A DNA stretch of 64,000 bases from Amphiscolops sp. MND2022. Its lineage: Eukaryota. The notes under the pieces were generated by a model that saw only the letters and a list, made by a program, of their open reading frames with translations, was not told the origin of the DNA and made no database searches. Of this stretch, positions 48,019 to 62,916 are shown one piece after another. Within the stretch, counting starts at the first letter, position 1. Every line of letters begins with the position of its first letter. The position numbers and the translations under genes are program-made. The stretch is from contig OZ076409.1 in NCBI GenBank assembly GCA_964187785.1, positions 14,014,001 to 14,078,000 of the forward strand, read 5' to 3'.

Positions 48019-51000
48019 TGTTGACGTGGAACTCAAAATAGAATGAAAACAAACTGAGGGAATAATTGTGAATTGATGATGATGAATTTAGAATAAGTAG
48101 AACGTAGAACTGTTTTTTAAACAAGGCTTCACGCAATGAAGCATGACAATCTCAGAGTTTAGACAAATGGTACCAGTACTTGTTTACAAACATGTTACAT
48201 CAATTCAATCGCTCTATCACATTCCCCTTTTTCGGGCACAAACGACAGTGGTTAATATGAGTATAGTTATCAATGTAAATGTTAACTCAATGTACAAGCT
48301 CAACTTAAAATTAGGCTTAACTAAAATGTTTCAGTGCTAGTTACTTCTCTTCGAACTCTTGTCCTTCCTGCTCCTTTGTAATGAGATCAATTCCGTACCG
48401 TTTTGGAGGGATATGTCTTCTTTTTGATGTTCGGATTGGCCCTTTCTTCTCTGTTTGCCACGATGCAGTAGCTTTCACCGGGATCGCTAGCTTTTCCGGC
48501 CAGTTGCTTGCTTTTGGGGCAACTTTCTCTTTTACTTTTTCTCCGTTAGTGACTTCTACATTCTGCACGGTCTTTGAGGCCTTTTCGCTTTCCGTCGTGT
48601 TTGATGAAATATCAATGATGGGGGGTTTGTTTCATTCTCCAAATCGAAGGCCAACTCGGGGATGGCTGGTTTTCCCCACTTTGTAGGTTTTCCCTTCTTT
48701 TTGGCGGGTATCTCTATTTCGCTCGAGCGTGAGGATTCTTCAACTACTGCCCGTTTTCTCAATCTCTTGAACTTTTCCTATTGTTTTTTCGATGCCTGCA
48801 CTACATCTCTTTTGGAGAATACTTCGGGTTCTTTGACGGTCCTCGTGATGCTGTAAAAGTATGGGGCGTCTCCTGTATCTTTCCCGATTTTCTCGCAAAA
48901 ACAGGCTCCAATTTCGACTCTTTGGTTCTTTCAAAAGTTGTTGATTCGCATTCGTCCTGGAAGTCTACAGGCTGGAACTCCACACTGGTGTCTTGGGGTG
49001 AAAAATCCAAAAAACTTTACCACTAAATTCGATTTCACTGTCATTGGCTCTTTCCCCATTTGTTTTTCAAACGGCTACCTTCTGTCCTTTTTCTCACTTA
49101 TCCTCAAAAAATACTAAGTCTCAGACAGCCCGGTCATATCTTTGCTTAGGATAACCTGTCTATTTGTTCGAAGTCGTTCGTTAGTGGTTCTAATCAACTG
49201 CTCTATTTTTCCATTACCCATGTGATCTCTAATAGAACAAGTTAAATGCTCTTTTCCGAATTGTTTACAAAACTGGGTAAATGCCTCACTTACGAACACT
49301 GTGCCAGGAATCATGCGTATTTTCTTTGGTACTCCAAACTGTGAGCAATATTGTTTTAAAAATTCAATGACTTTTTTCGTTGTCGGGCGATGTAGAAATT
49401 TTGTGTCCGACCATCTTGAGAAATGGTCTATAGATTCTAACAGGTAGTTTTTTCCTTTTTTTCGCAATTTGAAACGGTCCCGCAAAATCCAACGCTACTT
49501 CTTTGTGTGGTTCTTTTACTTCCGGCAATTTCCCTTTTTGTTTTTGTTTTAACACGTATTTTAATTTCTTACCTGAGTGAAGGCATTGTTTGCACAACAG
49601 TGCTTGGTCGATTACTTCCCGGTGGATTCGGGGCCACCATATGCCTTCGATTAATGAGAGCATGGCATCCCGACCGGGATGACCGTAGTGCAAAGAGCAC
49701 ATTATCATAGGCCTCGAGGCCTGCAGAACAACAAGTTGGTTGTCCATTTTAAGAAACCCGCCATTATCGAGTGAGAATGCCGAGTAACTCCGGTCTTATT
49801 GTACTTTTTTAACAATCGAATCATTCTTCGAATAAGTTTGTCCGCGCAATAATTTGCCGGTAAAAGTTTCTCGTTTAATTGCTTAATTGACGGGCTCTGA
49901 CTCATCTTTCGCTCTTGAACAATTTCGCTACATTGACGCTTACCTGATTCCCGCGAATTACGTCCGTTCTGCAGTTTGATTGGCTGTTGTCGACTTGCTT
50001 GATTTATGCGATTGATGCTAATCTCTTCGGCCAATTTCCCGCCAACTTGTTTTCTCACTGCTTACATCGCTGCCATCTAAAACATCATTCAGGCTAAGTA
50101 CACTACTTACAGTAAACCATTCGTTCCGCAGGGTTTCTGCTTTATTCGGTGATCCTTGTTTTTCCGTGGGATGTCTTGATAAATAATCGGCCATTCCGAA
50201 GGTTCTAGAAGCAACATCAATTACCTCGAAATCGAATGGGAGCAGTCTATCTACCCAACGTGTTAGCCTGCTGGAAAATGTTTTATTTCCCCTTTTAAAT
50301 TTTAGTACCGACCTTAGTGCTTTATGACCCAAAATTATTTTGAACTGTACATCATATACATAATTTCTAAATTGTTCTACCGTTCAAACTATTGAAAATC
50401 ATTCTAACTCGTTAAAAGAAAATTTCGCTTCGAAATCTGTTAAAAATCTAGATGCAAAGCAGATTGGTTTCCACTCTCTATTAATCTGACTTCGTTTTAA
50501 AACTGCACCTAAACCTTTCGTGTTTTTTGGTTTCTTCTAAAAACTGACAATTCTTCTACTCATTTTAGTCCATCGTTTTATTTCACAAACGCATTTTCGT
50601 GATCATCTTTCCATATCCACTCCGCATCTTTTTTCAATATTGTTCTAAACGGAAAACTAATGCTCGCCAAATTCTGTATAAATTTGTTAAACTGATTTAC
50701 CGCTCCAAGGAATGAGCGTTATTGTTTCAGATTGGTTGGCCTCAGCCTATCGCTTATTCCCTGAGCTTTTGCATTATATGGGGATATGCCATTTCTCGTC
50801 AATATGTACCCCAACCATTTAATGCTTTCTTGTGCATTCACGCATTTTTCTGCCTTCAACTGTAAATTCGCATCGTCTAGAACTTTCCTTACTTCGTTCA
50901 AATGTTCTTGCTTGGTTACCTTAGTTACAATCAACACGTCACCTATATACACAAATACACTATTTACATTTGCTGAAGTGAGGTCCATTAAATTCTGGAA

Positions 51001-53145
51001 TTCTGTTGCCATTGCGGTAAGGCCATAAAATCCCGTTGTGAACCGATAGGTGCCTGTTGATTTTCCCCCGACAATTTGAAATTGCAATGTCTTTTTATTA
51101 AGTCTTGTAAAAGAATTTGCCCGTACACGTACGTCAAATCTACCGACGAATACCACGCCTCCCCTTCTTTTTCGTCTAGTTTCTCAGCAATCAAGTCAAT
51201 TAAATTATCTAAATTGGACATTTGATTTTTGTCTCTTGCTATAGATTGATTCAAGGCTCTCGCGTCCATGGCAATTTTCTCGGACTTGTCCATTTTCACA
51301 GTTATTACCGTCGGCTGAATAAACACGTCATCTTGAATTTTATCGACTCGATCAATATGCCTCTCCTTCAACAACTTCTCGATTTCATTTTTAACTTGAT
51401 TTAGTAGCTGGATTGAAATGCGGCGTCGCTTTTGCTGCGTAATTCTCACGTCATCTTTCATTTTATTTTTGATTAAGTAATTCTTCACACGCCCTTTTCG
51501 CTCGAACAATTTTGGAATATCCCCCACTAATTGCAGGACCCCGGATTTTGGATTTTCTCGGGACTTATCTCATAAATTGATTCTTTACAATTTTCGTTTT
51601 TTTTGCACATCACACTCACCTCTTTCTACTGGCTGCGTAATTTTGTAGCGGAGAGCAACTGGCCAAACACGGACCACGATTGATTTTCCTGAATTAGGTG
51701 CTACTAGGACTCTGGCTTTTGATACTGTTACTCCGGCAACTTCGAGTCGTACAAAGTGGTAGCCAAGCAAATTGAGGGTTTTTTGTTCTAATCGACGTAA
51801 AGTTCACCTGCAATCATGTCCCTGATCACCACTTTTCTATCTACTACGGCTTTCTGCAAATCACGTTTTGTAAAATGGAAACTGGTGACCCAGTATCAAT
51901 AATTGCTTTAAAATAGTTGCCACACATTGTTCCTTCCATGTAGAAGGGTTTGCAACCGTCGCCATCTACACGCAGTACTAGTTGCTCTTCGTCCTCATCT
52001 TCTTCCGATTCTTCATCAGATTCTTCGATGTAATTTACTCTTCACATTCCTTTTGTGTTGTCCCGATTATTCAACCGCTGCATCATCTCTTCTGCCGTTG
52101 AGGGAACTTCTTGTTGCAGCACTTCTCCAGGTGCCTTACTATTTTACAGTATTTTCAGCGATGATTGGTGGCCATGCAGAAATCTAAGTGCTCAATGGTG
52201 ATGTTCGCTACCCCACATCTAGAACATTTCCTGGGATTACACTTTTCCACGGCGTAGACTGGTTCATTTTTTACAATTGATTTTGTTGACTCAGGTGCTT
52301 GTGCGCACTAAGCTTTTTGCCGCTTAACTCCATCTTCGAAGGCAATAGCCAACGCTAGTGCTTGATCCGGTTCCTTGGGCTCTGTGCTCAATTTTTCTTG
52401 CACCTTTTTGTTATGCATGTGCAGTATAAACATGTCCAAAACTATGGACGGTGTTATGTCCCCGAAATCGCACAATGCCGCAAGTCCATTTACGGCATGC
52501 CAGAATTGAAACAATGATTCACCTTGCTGTTGGTGTCTTGAAAAAATCGATGTCTGTCCAGCGTTCTATTCCTCTTTTCTCGAAAGCACTTATCAATTCC
52601 TGAGTTTTTAAGTCCCACAATGGCGTGTGCGGATACTTATCCGTAAGCTGCTTTCTTGCCTGCTCACCCAATGATAAGTATAGAATGCTAATTACTTTTT
52701 TATTCGCAGGGTCCTCGTCGAGATCTCCCAGAAGAGCACGAACCTGGGGTTCTGTTGATTCACTTCTCGCGTCAATTCGGTGACTAAAATGGAATATTTA
52801 GCCATCAAGGCTACTTGAAACAGGTCAAACCACTTGTCCCAGTCCATCGGAGGGTTTGCAACTGCATCACTCCAGAACACCGGTAACCCGACGAGGAGTG
52901 ACGACGAAGATGATGAAGTAGATGCTGAATTTCAGCTGGCAGCACCATGTTGACGTGGAACTCAAGATAGAATGAAATCAAATTTAGGGAATGATTGTAG
53001 ATTGATGATGATGAATTTAGAATAAGTAGAACGGTTTCTTTTAACAAGGCTTTACGCAATGAAGCATGTCAATCTCAGAATTTAGACAATTGGTTCCAGT
53101 ACTTGTTTACAAACATGTTACATCATTTCAATCGCACCCATCACA
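48019..53145 (-). mobile_element. Old decayed Ty3/Gypsy LTR retrotransposon E (5127 bp)
   Basis: LTRs 48019-48221 and 52948-53145 (roughly 90% identical by eye), TSD TGTTT, PPT GAAAAAGGGGAA, PBS-like TGGTGCTGCCAG. Fragments of Gag (FW...NPPMDWDKW), protease (IDTGSP), RT (FYGL; YIGDV from YIDD), RNase H (ADYLSR) and IN (HPGRDAM, LDFAGP, IDHFSRW). Confidence 0.92.
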
Positions 53146-54766
53146 TGTTTAATCAATTCGTTGAAGACTCGAATGTTTCAGTGAATGCCCCTAACCCCTG
53201 CAAAGTTATTCAAATCTGAGAGAATTCTTCATCTGGTTTCAGTGCACGTGGAAGAACTCAACTATTGTTCACTTTGGCAAGTAGATTTGGAAAAATCATC
53301 AAGAATCTGTCAGATTGATATTTAGTTTTTGAGAAGCGCCTCAAAAGTTTTCATTATCATTTGATATCTCCAAACTAAAAATACACATGACACTTTACGT
53401 ATTTTCGAGTTATCCGATTTTCGAGTTATCCACATGTATTATTTCGAGTTATCCGTAAGTTGTTCTATTAGCACTATAAACGCAATTCAGAGAGTCAGAA
53501 GTTTCCTTCATTTAGATGCATAGTAATATCAAAAAAGTCAATTGATGCTTGTCGTATGATAAATCTCATTTCTCTGACTTTGTTTTCAGCGTTTTACAAA
53601 TGCGTTCAAGAATTTTTCTGCTTTCGATTTACGAAATACGCCCTATATAGTATAGAATCTAACAAAGTTTTTGAGTTTTCCAGTGAAATTGGGCAAATTT
53701 GGTTATAAAATCAACAACTCCTGGAGCAAAACTAATTTTCGACAAATCCTGGAATATGCCAGGATCTTTACAGATCTGTACAGATTCGCAGGAAGTGCTA
53801 AACACGGGATTTTGATCTGTTTCTATTTCAGCAGAGTTTTTACCTATCTAGATCGGAGCAACTCTAGTTATTATTAAATCCAATTAGGCATTATTTTGGG
53901 GGTAAAATCTTCACAGCCTCTGGGAAATTAGGGTCTTCACGGGCGTTCATGTATGTTTTGTGGTCTTTTGTGTCTTTGGGAGCGGGTCTTCTTGTCTGCT
54001 TTTGCGTACCCACCAAATCGGCCAATTGTATGTGCGATACTCTTTCACCATGCTAGTGGACGTTACACAAAGTCTCAATAAATGGTTCAGGCTGGTTTTT
54101 GGGAAATTTTCATACCTTTCAGAGTGGCAAAAAATCCGAATGTGTCACCTGCGGCCTCGAAAAGGTTTTTGAAAGAAAACATCACAAAACTACCAAATTA
54201 ATGAAAAAAGTCGAACAGTGCCGAAAAACTTACAGATATCATGGTTTGGGCTTGAAAAACGAAGTGCTAACAAATTCCAAAGAGGACCTCTCGACACGTT
54301 TCAAAGGTTTGCAAAAGTTTGTCAACAAAATTATTTAGTGCCAGGCTAACATGGTCTGCTCAGGAAGCGCGGATGACTAGTGGGATTCAAATTGTGGGGT
54401 TTACACACTCTGTTAAAAAGTGGAACATATATTATGTGGCCCTACGAAGAAAAACTACTGACTGTAATGGTCGAGCGCATTGACTCATAAAATGTGCGAC
54501 TAAAAAGAAGCAGAGTCGGCCTCCAAGAGGTAAATAAAGAAGACCCTATTCAACGCAACAGTAGATGTGACAAAAATGGCGAAAAATAAAAAAAAATTAA
54601 ATGTTGGGTCACATTGTTATATTCAACATGACTGATAAAGCGAAATCAGCAAAAGAGCAAAACGGACAAAAAACTTTTGTTTAACTTGAAGATTTTTTTA
54701 TTCCTAAAATACTCAAGTTTTTAAAAAGGGAAGAGTTGTAATCTTCCTACACAGCAACTGAAGTAA

Positions 54767-55725
54767 CCCAGGTTAACCATCATGGCTAATTCATGGATGT
54801 TCATTCATGATTCATAGATCGCCATGCCATGAATCATTCCATGATCTTCGAAAGACATCCATGATTCATGGATGATTCATGAATGGAAACCCATGAATCA
54901 TGGATGAAAATCCACGATGCCGAGGATGATCGTCGATGCAAATTAATGAGAAGGTCCAGTTTTTGAATTGGCCGTTAAACTGGATACACTAGATTCGATG
55001 AATTATGAGAAGAATAATACCAAAAAGTCTAGTTTTTGGATTGATCAATTACGAAAATACCCTCAAAAATGATCAAAACACCTGAGAAGAGCATAAATTA
55101 AGCGGATATCATGGGATTTGACATCTCTTCAAAAGCTAATTCCCATAACAAAATTACCTGAAATAGAGAAATTATACTCCAAGATGTCGGACTTTCTAGG
55201 TTCTCTGCAAGCACCTAAGAGCGCAAATTAGGAGGATATCATTGGATTTGACATCTGTTAAAACAAACAAATCAAATCTTCATTTAAATACACTGGAATC
55301 GATGAATTATGAAAATAATAAGGCCATAGTACCAAGTTTTTGATTGGAAAGTTAACAAAAATGCCCTACAAAAAGCAAAAATCCTACCTATCTCGCGGCC
55401 CTATCTTGCGGCCTGAAATCCGAGCTATCCTACTTTATCATTAAGGTAAACCTGAATTACCATTAATAGCAAAAACGACAATAAACAAACAATAAACCTC
55501 CATTTTATGGGAAGAGACACGCACAAACAATTTTGCCTTTTTTGAACGAATTTTTCAACACGGCAAATCATAGATGAATCATGGATGACAATCATGGATG
55601 AAAATCCATGAAGCGTCACTTTGCCATGGATCATCGATGTTTTTCCATGAATAAGTATGTAATGTGTTGAAAAGTCCATGATCATGGATGAATATCCATG
55701 AATTAGCCAGTATGGTCAACCTGGG
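54767..55725. mobile_element. CMC/EnSpm-like MITE (959 bp)
   Basis: ~45-bp TIRs CCCAGGTT(A/G)ACCAT..TGGCTAATTCATGGAT, dense subterminal CATGA/CATGG repeats, possible 2-bp TSD AA. Confidence 0.8.
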
Positions 55726-55989
55726 AATTCGTGAAGTAGCTGCTCACAACTGAAATGTGAATGTCAGTTAGTTATTTGGCATAATTCTTGTGAATAATCC
55801 AATAGAAAAATTCGGCTTTTCTTTAGAAAAGAGTCGACTGTAGTCATGGTATTCCGTCAGTTTTTTTTCGATACATTGAAATGTCCAATATAGTTCTACC
55901 AAAAATTCTTCAATTTAGGCAAAGTCATTTTTGGTCATCTACGCACTACCTTTGAACACTAAAGGAGCCCCCTTCGAAAATAACACAAC

Positions 55990-56312
55990 CCATACCGGAT
56001 TTAACACTAACAGGAAATAATGAATTCCGGATATAACGTATACCTGATACATCGTTTCTTGAAAAAGACTTTCTGATATTGCAAAATGGTCCTCCCTTTC
56101 GATTTGTAGGATATTTAGGGTTGATACAAAATCATTTGAATCCAAACGGTCCCCCTTTGGATTTTTTTGACGCAAACCGGATTTAACGCAAACCGGATAT
56201 AACCCATACCGGATATAACGTATACCGAATAAATTTGTTCGAGAATTTTTCGAACTTTTCAATGATACATAAGGGTCCCCCTTTGGAGTTGATACAAAAT
56301 CATTTGAATCTA
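55990..56312. repeat. Short repeated motifs CCGGAT(A/T)TAAC and duplicated GTTGATACAAAATCATTTGAATC (MITE fragment)
   Basis: Five CCGGAT(A/T)TAAC copies; 23-bp duplicate at ~56120 and ~56288. Confidence 0.5.
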
Positions 56313-56379
56313 AAGACTCCCCCTTTTGACTTTTTTTGGTATTGTGAGACCATATTTTTTTTCAACTTAACCGAAGAGC

Positions 56380-57082
56380 TGTTTTATTCTTAATACTTTA
56401 TCATACTTTGTTTAGGCTTTTTTTGGCTCTTTGCGTTCTTTTTCGAAACTTTCAATTGTTCAGTAGTGCCCTCCCGCTTGCATAGCTGATTTCGGCTGAA
56501 GAAAATTTTGTTCGAGCTGAAAGTTCCTTTTGCGGCACTATGAGAAATTTCCGGAAAAATTGGATTTTTTTGGAAAAAAATAAGTTTTTGTGTTTTCATG
56601 GGGAAAATGTTATTTGTGAGTCTTATGCGTATTGTTCGGGGAGTTTTTCGGCACTGTGAAAGTGATAAAAGTTTGAAAACAGTGTCCTTTGCATATTCAA
56701 GAAACTTGGGCTGGGCGCCTACTTGTTTCTGAAATCGTCACATCATGTCTATGCTTCACACATTTTTTGTGTCTCCCTTCCCACATTTTTCGCACTATGA
56801 CACTGTTTCAAAATTGTCAGTTTTCGTCTGAATATAGGTTTTCTCAATGTATACCGACTAATAATTTTTGTCAATACTATTCGAAATTTTGACATAATAT
56901 CCGGAGTAAAACGCTTTATCCGAATTTTTGACGATATATCCGACCTTTTTTGCGTTTTACTAAGGAGGAGGCGGAGGTTCGAAAACAGGAGTTTTTCATG
57001 AAAACGACCTACACATATTTTAAAAACTGTGCTTTTTGAGCCTTAGATATAGCGCCGACTTTGGACGTTCCCGTCTTGTTTT
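56380..57082 (-). repeat. Interspersed repeat, DINE-1/Helentron-associated-like family copy (boundaries approximate)
   Basis: Ends CCTTAGATATAGCGCCGACTTTGGACGTTCCCGTCTTGTTT, the reverse complement of the 62917/63455 starts; segment 56770-57080 resembles 8840-9100. Confidence 0.6.
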
Positions 57083-57445
57083 GTTTCAGCATTTAACCCA
57101 CATGGAGTTCAACTATTGCTGTTATAATTATGAATAAATACATAATGTCAATGTGGAATAATGTCAATGTATAATTTCGGCGAAATTCCAATTAATTAAG
57201 AAGACATTTTGCGATTCAATTCAAATTGCCATAAAAATCTTAACCAAATCAGGAAAATGTTTCACAGCTTTGCATGCAATGAGTTCGATGAAAATTCCAA
57301 CAGAAAAGGGCATAGCCTGGATACTATTCCACCACTAATTTAAAGTTCCTCACTCTAGTTAAATAATTATGTTCTTGAACACCTTCAATTAAGCTTAATT
57401 AGAGGCGGTGAAATCAACTCAAAAATTAGAAAGACGTTTTGCATT

Positions 57446-57520
57446 GGGGCGCTTTTGTCTGGTGCGCTTTTGACTAGGGCGCTTTTGACTAGGGCGCTTT
57501 TGTCTGCGGCGCTTTTGTCT
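57446..57520 (+). repeat. Minisatellite 5 x 15 bp (..GCGCTTTTG(T/A)CT)
   Basis: Five consecutive 15-bp units. Confidence 0.9.
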
Positions 57521-59055
57521 GTACACGGGCAAGACGGCGTTAAATTCTCCCTAAAAGTGTAAATTGTTGGTAAACTCCCCTATGGGGCCTAACAACTGAA
57601 CGTCCGCCTCTGCACCTCAGCTCAAGCGTGTTTGATTGTTATTCGCACAATCGCAGCCAGAATCGATTGTTTCGATCCAAAATGACATGGCTTTATCCAG
57701 TGACAGTCAATTGTTCTGGCATGGAAAATTCCTACACTCATTTTCCATTCAATCCCACACACTTTCGTTCACTGCATTGTCAAGAGAGGCTGCTCTCCTT
57801 TTGAATTTCCTGCTAAAGTGACATGATTTGGCAGTTTAAATTCCCTTCTCCCTCTGGCGGCGGCGCAATGTAAATTGTGAAGCACCTCTTACAACAAACC
57901 TGGCAAGGAAGAGCTTTTAGGAGGAGGACGAGCCGGGAAGAAAATTGTCTGCTGGAAAACAACCCAAGTTCATATTCAATTAATTAAATTAACTGGCACA
58001 AAGACATTAAAGAGAAAACTTGAATGGGAATTAACCAATGTAATGTTAAAATAACAGGACAGGTGACCTTACTCGGTTATAAGTTATAAGTTATAACTTG
58101 CAGTTACGTTTAAAGTAAACGTGCATTTTAAGCACACACACATAGTGCCCGGTTACCCGGGTTCTACTGACTCATGTTATGTTAGCCGTTCGTACAGCGG
58201 CGATTAATTGAGTGAACGAGCTGTGAACGAATATCTCCACGGGTGGCGGTTCAGCACTAGTCAACTGCGAATGCTGCTGTTTGCCTGAAGATTATTAATT
58301 CGCTGAGAAAGAAGCATTTCGTGCTATTTGAGCTCTGTTCTCTGGTGCTAGACGAAAGACGCAGGATAAATTGGGCGAATTCTATTGGCTGTTAAATTTA
58401 TTGAAGCTGCAATTTCGTTACTTACCTTCTGGTAAAAGCGAAAGCGGCGGTGGAGGCGACTGTTGTAGCGGCTTTAAAATAAATAAGTTTGCATTATTTA
58501 GCGAATTCAACTGAGATCGACGTATATCTAATAACCACCGCCGTCCTATTTACTTGGTAGAAGGCTGAGAGAAAGAAGAAAGAAGGCCGTTTTTGGCTGG
58601 ACCGTTGCACCATGCATGATCATGGCATCGAGAATGGTTGTTGTGAGAGCCGAAACCACTTCTAACAATGTCGCTTTCTCGAATGCCGGTTGTTTCTCCA
58701 TTATGTTTTTGTTACTACTCATTTGTACCATCATCTTATTACCATTCTACCAAGTTGAGTAATTACATCAGATGGCGATGGTCTATGCCTCCAACTGCCA
58801 GTGTTGACCTTACTACACCTACTTGTAGTATTGCTCATTATAAAAGAATCATGACTCTTATTTATTCCCACCTGCCTCGATTCGTCCTATCATGACGTAA
58901 CTATTACGTAATTTGGGGAGATCCACAATGCTTAGGTGCGCGCATCATCACTTGATTACCTCAATTGCTGCTAATTAATGCTTCCTAATTACTTGAATTA
59001 CTATTACCGCAATACATTGTAAAATTGTTACTTTTAGCATTATAAATCCCCTAAA

Positions 59056-60497
59056 ATGAATTACTTTCAGTTATGTAAAATTTTCAATTTACTCTTGGCA
59101 GTTTTTGTCAACGTGCTCAAATTGCTGGCTGCCCAAAATGGCGCAAATTCGACGCCAAGGCTGGGACTAGAAGAAAATTGCCCCCTGGGTACAAAGGTTA
59201 CATCTTTGGAAAACCTGGGATTCGATCTGAATAATAAAGACCAGATTATGCTGACCTCCACAGTGAAATTATTCAAAATCGAGGAAGAAAATGGCCAGTT
59301 CTTTATTGTGACGTCACAAGAAATTGATCGCGAAGACAGCAGAACTTGCAAGCTGAACCGGCAGAATAACTTTACATGTTTAATCGAATTAGACATAATC
59401 GACGTGTCCACTCTCGAAAGTCGCAGGGTCGAAATTGTGATATACGACTTGAATGATCATCATCCGACCTTTTCCGACAAGGTCCATGACATCTCAATTC
59501 CAGAGACAATTCAGCCCGAGCAGAGTCCATTTAGCATACCTTACGCCACAGATCCTGATTCGCGCCAAAATAGCATCCAAGAGTACAGTCTGATTCCAAT
59601 CTCGCCCCTTATTTATGACGTTTTCTCCTTGAAATTCTCGGAGAGAACCGACGGAGTTATCATTCCCAAATTACTAGTTAACAGAGAACTGGATTTTGAG
59701 CGGGAAAGTCATTACCTGTTGAAAATAATAGCCAAAGACCCCAGTTATGAAGGATCCATGTTGATTAATGTGAGTGTCGTTGATATAAACGACAACAGCC
59801 CTATTTTCATACAATCTGAGCAAAGAGTTGAAGTGAGCGAAAATGACCCGGTTGGCAAAGTCGTGCTAAAAGTTTCCGCAACAGATTCCGATTCCGGAGA
59901 AAACGGCAAAGTCACTTATCGGTTCGCGGAGGAAACGTTGCCAGAGATCCTAGAATATTTCACAATCGGTAGAGAAACAGGAGAAATAATGTTGTCGAAA
60001 TCGTTGAAAAGCCAAGGTGGGCAAACCCTGTCGGTGCAAGTGGAGGCTCGGGACGGTGCTAGAGCTCCTTTGACGGATTTAATGACAACAGAGTTTGTTA
60101 TCAGAGACGTGAACGATAACAAACCGGTTATAACTTTCAACCCCCTACAGAAGTGGCAGGTAGGGAATCGGACAATTTACTTCTCGGAAAACGAGAAGCG
60201 CAAAGTGATTGGGTTCTTCAGAGTCTCGGATAACGACCCCGGAGTATTTGGCAAAACCGTCTTGCATCAATTGAACGCCACGGATTACTTCGAGCTGAAG
60301 AGAATAAGAGACGGAATGCACTCATTCTCCACAAAACTTTCCTTCGACCGGGAAGATAAAGATTCTTACGCAGTTCAGTTCAGAGCCGTTGATTGCGCCC
60401 AAGACTTCCCCCCTTCCACCTGTATTCCCCTGGAGACGCTGCAGACTTTCATCTTCTATGTCGGAGATGTTAACGACTGCCGCCCTAGATTTGAAAG
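59056..60497 (+). CDS. Protocadherin-like gene, first large coding exon (signal peptide + cadherin repeats EC1-EC4); continues after an intron
   Basis: Hydrophobic N-terminus; Ca-binding motifs IDRED, DLNDHHPTF, ATDPDS, LDFE, DINDNSPIF, ATDSDSGENG, DVNDNKP, FDRE, DVNDCRPRF; paired Cys in EC1; splice donor AG|GTAATC at 60497/60498. Confidence 0.93.
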
Positions 60498-62916
60498 GTA
60501 ATCGAATTATGCCCAATTTTCACGCTTAGTCCGCCCGCCTGTTCGTCACTTTCTGAGAAAGCAGCTCAATTTTTTTCACATCAGTCGATTATTGACAACT
60601 TTCTTAATTTAAAAAAAAATATGTGAAGAGCACTGTCGGAGAAAAAACGTTGGCATAATCGGGATGGAGCTGGAATTGAAAATAGCAAAATTGCTAATTC
60701 AATTTTCATTTTACCTTTCTACTCGACAAAAAATCAACTTGGTTCCGAGTTCGTCCTGAAACATTTCAAAAAGATATATATCAGAATTTTTGATTAGCAA
60801 TGTTAGAAATATAGAGCAACATTTATAGTAATTTCACGTCGTTTCTTTCATCCCAAATCCGGTCAAAGTGACAATAGAGTTCTACAAAAAAATTGTTGTT
60901 TCATTCAAGATCTATGGAATTTTTTCACTATTGAGAATAACAAAGTTTAGTGAGGCCAAAGCTTCCCTCAAATTGGTTTTCTGCAACAAATTACAAAACC
61001 TTTTCGGAGTCCAAAAAGTCACAGTTTGCATATTTTTCGGCACTGTGAAACTTTTCAAAAGTTTCTCCGAAACAGTTATCTAGCGTATTTGGAACAGCGC
61101 AAACAACTGATATTTTCGATCGCTATTCGATATCGACGAAGTGGAAATATACTTTTCGCTTTTTTCACGTTTTTTGTTTCGCCACTTTTTCAAAATTTCA
61201 GCGGTTCGCCTTTTGGTATAGTGATCTTTTCACTTTTCAGTTGCAATAGCCGTTTTTGAAGACACCGTTGAGTATTTTTCGGTACTGAATATTTTCCAGA
61301 ATTTTTTCAAATCCAGACTAATTCGACAAAATTGTTCTACTAAAAGTATCACCGAAAAATTCGATCAATTCCGCTTCCAATACGTCCTCCTTTCAGATAC
61401 TATGTCCCCATAGCAAGCTATGGTACCACCAATGGTCGGCATGAAGCCGTGATTTCAAAGTGACTTGCTGAAGGTCACAAAGATTCGACTGCTCACAGTT
61501 GCTCTTTTCAATTAGAATTGGCAATGTAATCGTTAATATTTTTTGCATCTACCATCCTCATTCGCTTTCTTCTTCTCTTGTTCACCGAGATCACGCTAAC
61601 ATATCTTTGAAAATTGATCCAAACGAAAAGCATCGGCATAATTGTTTAAGATGCCTAAGTCTCACAACAAAGAAGGAGAACTTGAGATAGCTGAAAAAGC
61701 ACCGTTGAGAGTTTAGCTTTGGTGTGATTGGCATTCACAGCAGCTTTTTGAAGATGAAGCGGAACTAGGACCGCCTTTACTGAATTGTACATTACCATGA
61801 TAGTGTTACCATACATTACCATAGTGTGGGGAGAGACCATCACAAACGATAACTCTTCTTGCTTTTTCGTAAGATCACGGGCAACAAATTTACACGCATC
61901 GTTTTCACTATTATGCATTATCTTAAAAGTAATATAACAGGAAAAAAGAAAAGAAACAAAATATGAAAGAAGGAAAGTAAGTCTCTGTCGTTGAAAGTTG
62001 TCGAATTTTTGGGCTTTTTGAGTTTTTCAAGCTCATGCAACTTGGGCAGAACTCGAAACGATGGAATTTTTTATGTGGTATTGCTTCATCCATCCATGTT
62101 AGAGACGTTGTTCGAAAAGCCGATTTCATTCCTTATTTCTCCGTCAAAATTTAGCAAAAGTATTTAAAAATTCATGAAATTCAATCTAGGGTTTTTCAAC
62201 CTATCAGGACAAAATTTCCCCAATTTAGGGGAAAGTCCAATTTTTACAACAAAATGGAGTGATTTTAGAAAAACCGTGGGAAAATGAAGCGAAGCTTGAG
62301 GGTTTTTAAAAACCAGAGCGCTCTTTAAGCGTGCCAGAAAATTTTGAAGAATCAGTCGATTCCGTGAAATACAGCTTCAAGTTTTGTTCACATGATTTTG
62401 ATGATTAATGTATTGTCAATAATGTGTAGAGCATGAAATATTTAGTTCAGCACTATCCCACTGTTTTAAAACAGCTAGACACTTTCTTTCCTCGACCATC
62501 TATGCATGAAAGCAAAGTAAACACAACTTAATGGAAGTGGGAAAGGTTTCCAAATTTTCTTTTGAATTATGTATTCTATGGTGAACAAGAAAGAAAATCG
62601 AAAACATCCAAGATATTTTCCACTTCATTGTTTCAACGTAAAAATGATCGGAAAATTTTTTCAATGTTTCTGAAATATTCTTGTAGCCAATTCTATACGG
62701 TGCAAAAAAGGTTATAGTAGTTTTTATGAAGTCACTTCATGTCATAATTTCGTTGTCACAATTTGAATCAAAAGTTGAATCATTACGTGTGACCGAAGTT
62801 CAATACATGAATAAATTCATGTACGGTAAAGTTTCCTATTTACGTCTCAATATTTTAAATTGTACTTACCTCATACGCTTGTCATTCACGAGGACTTGTG
62901 TTCAAATCGTTATTTG

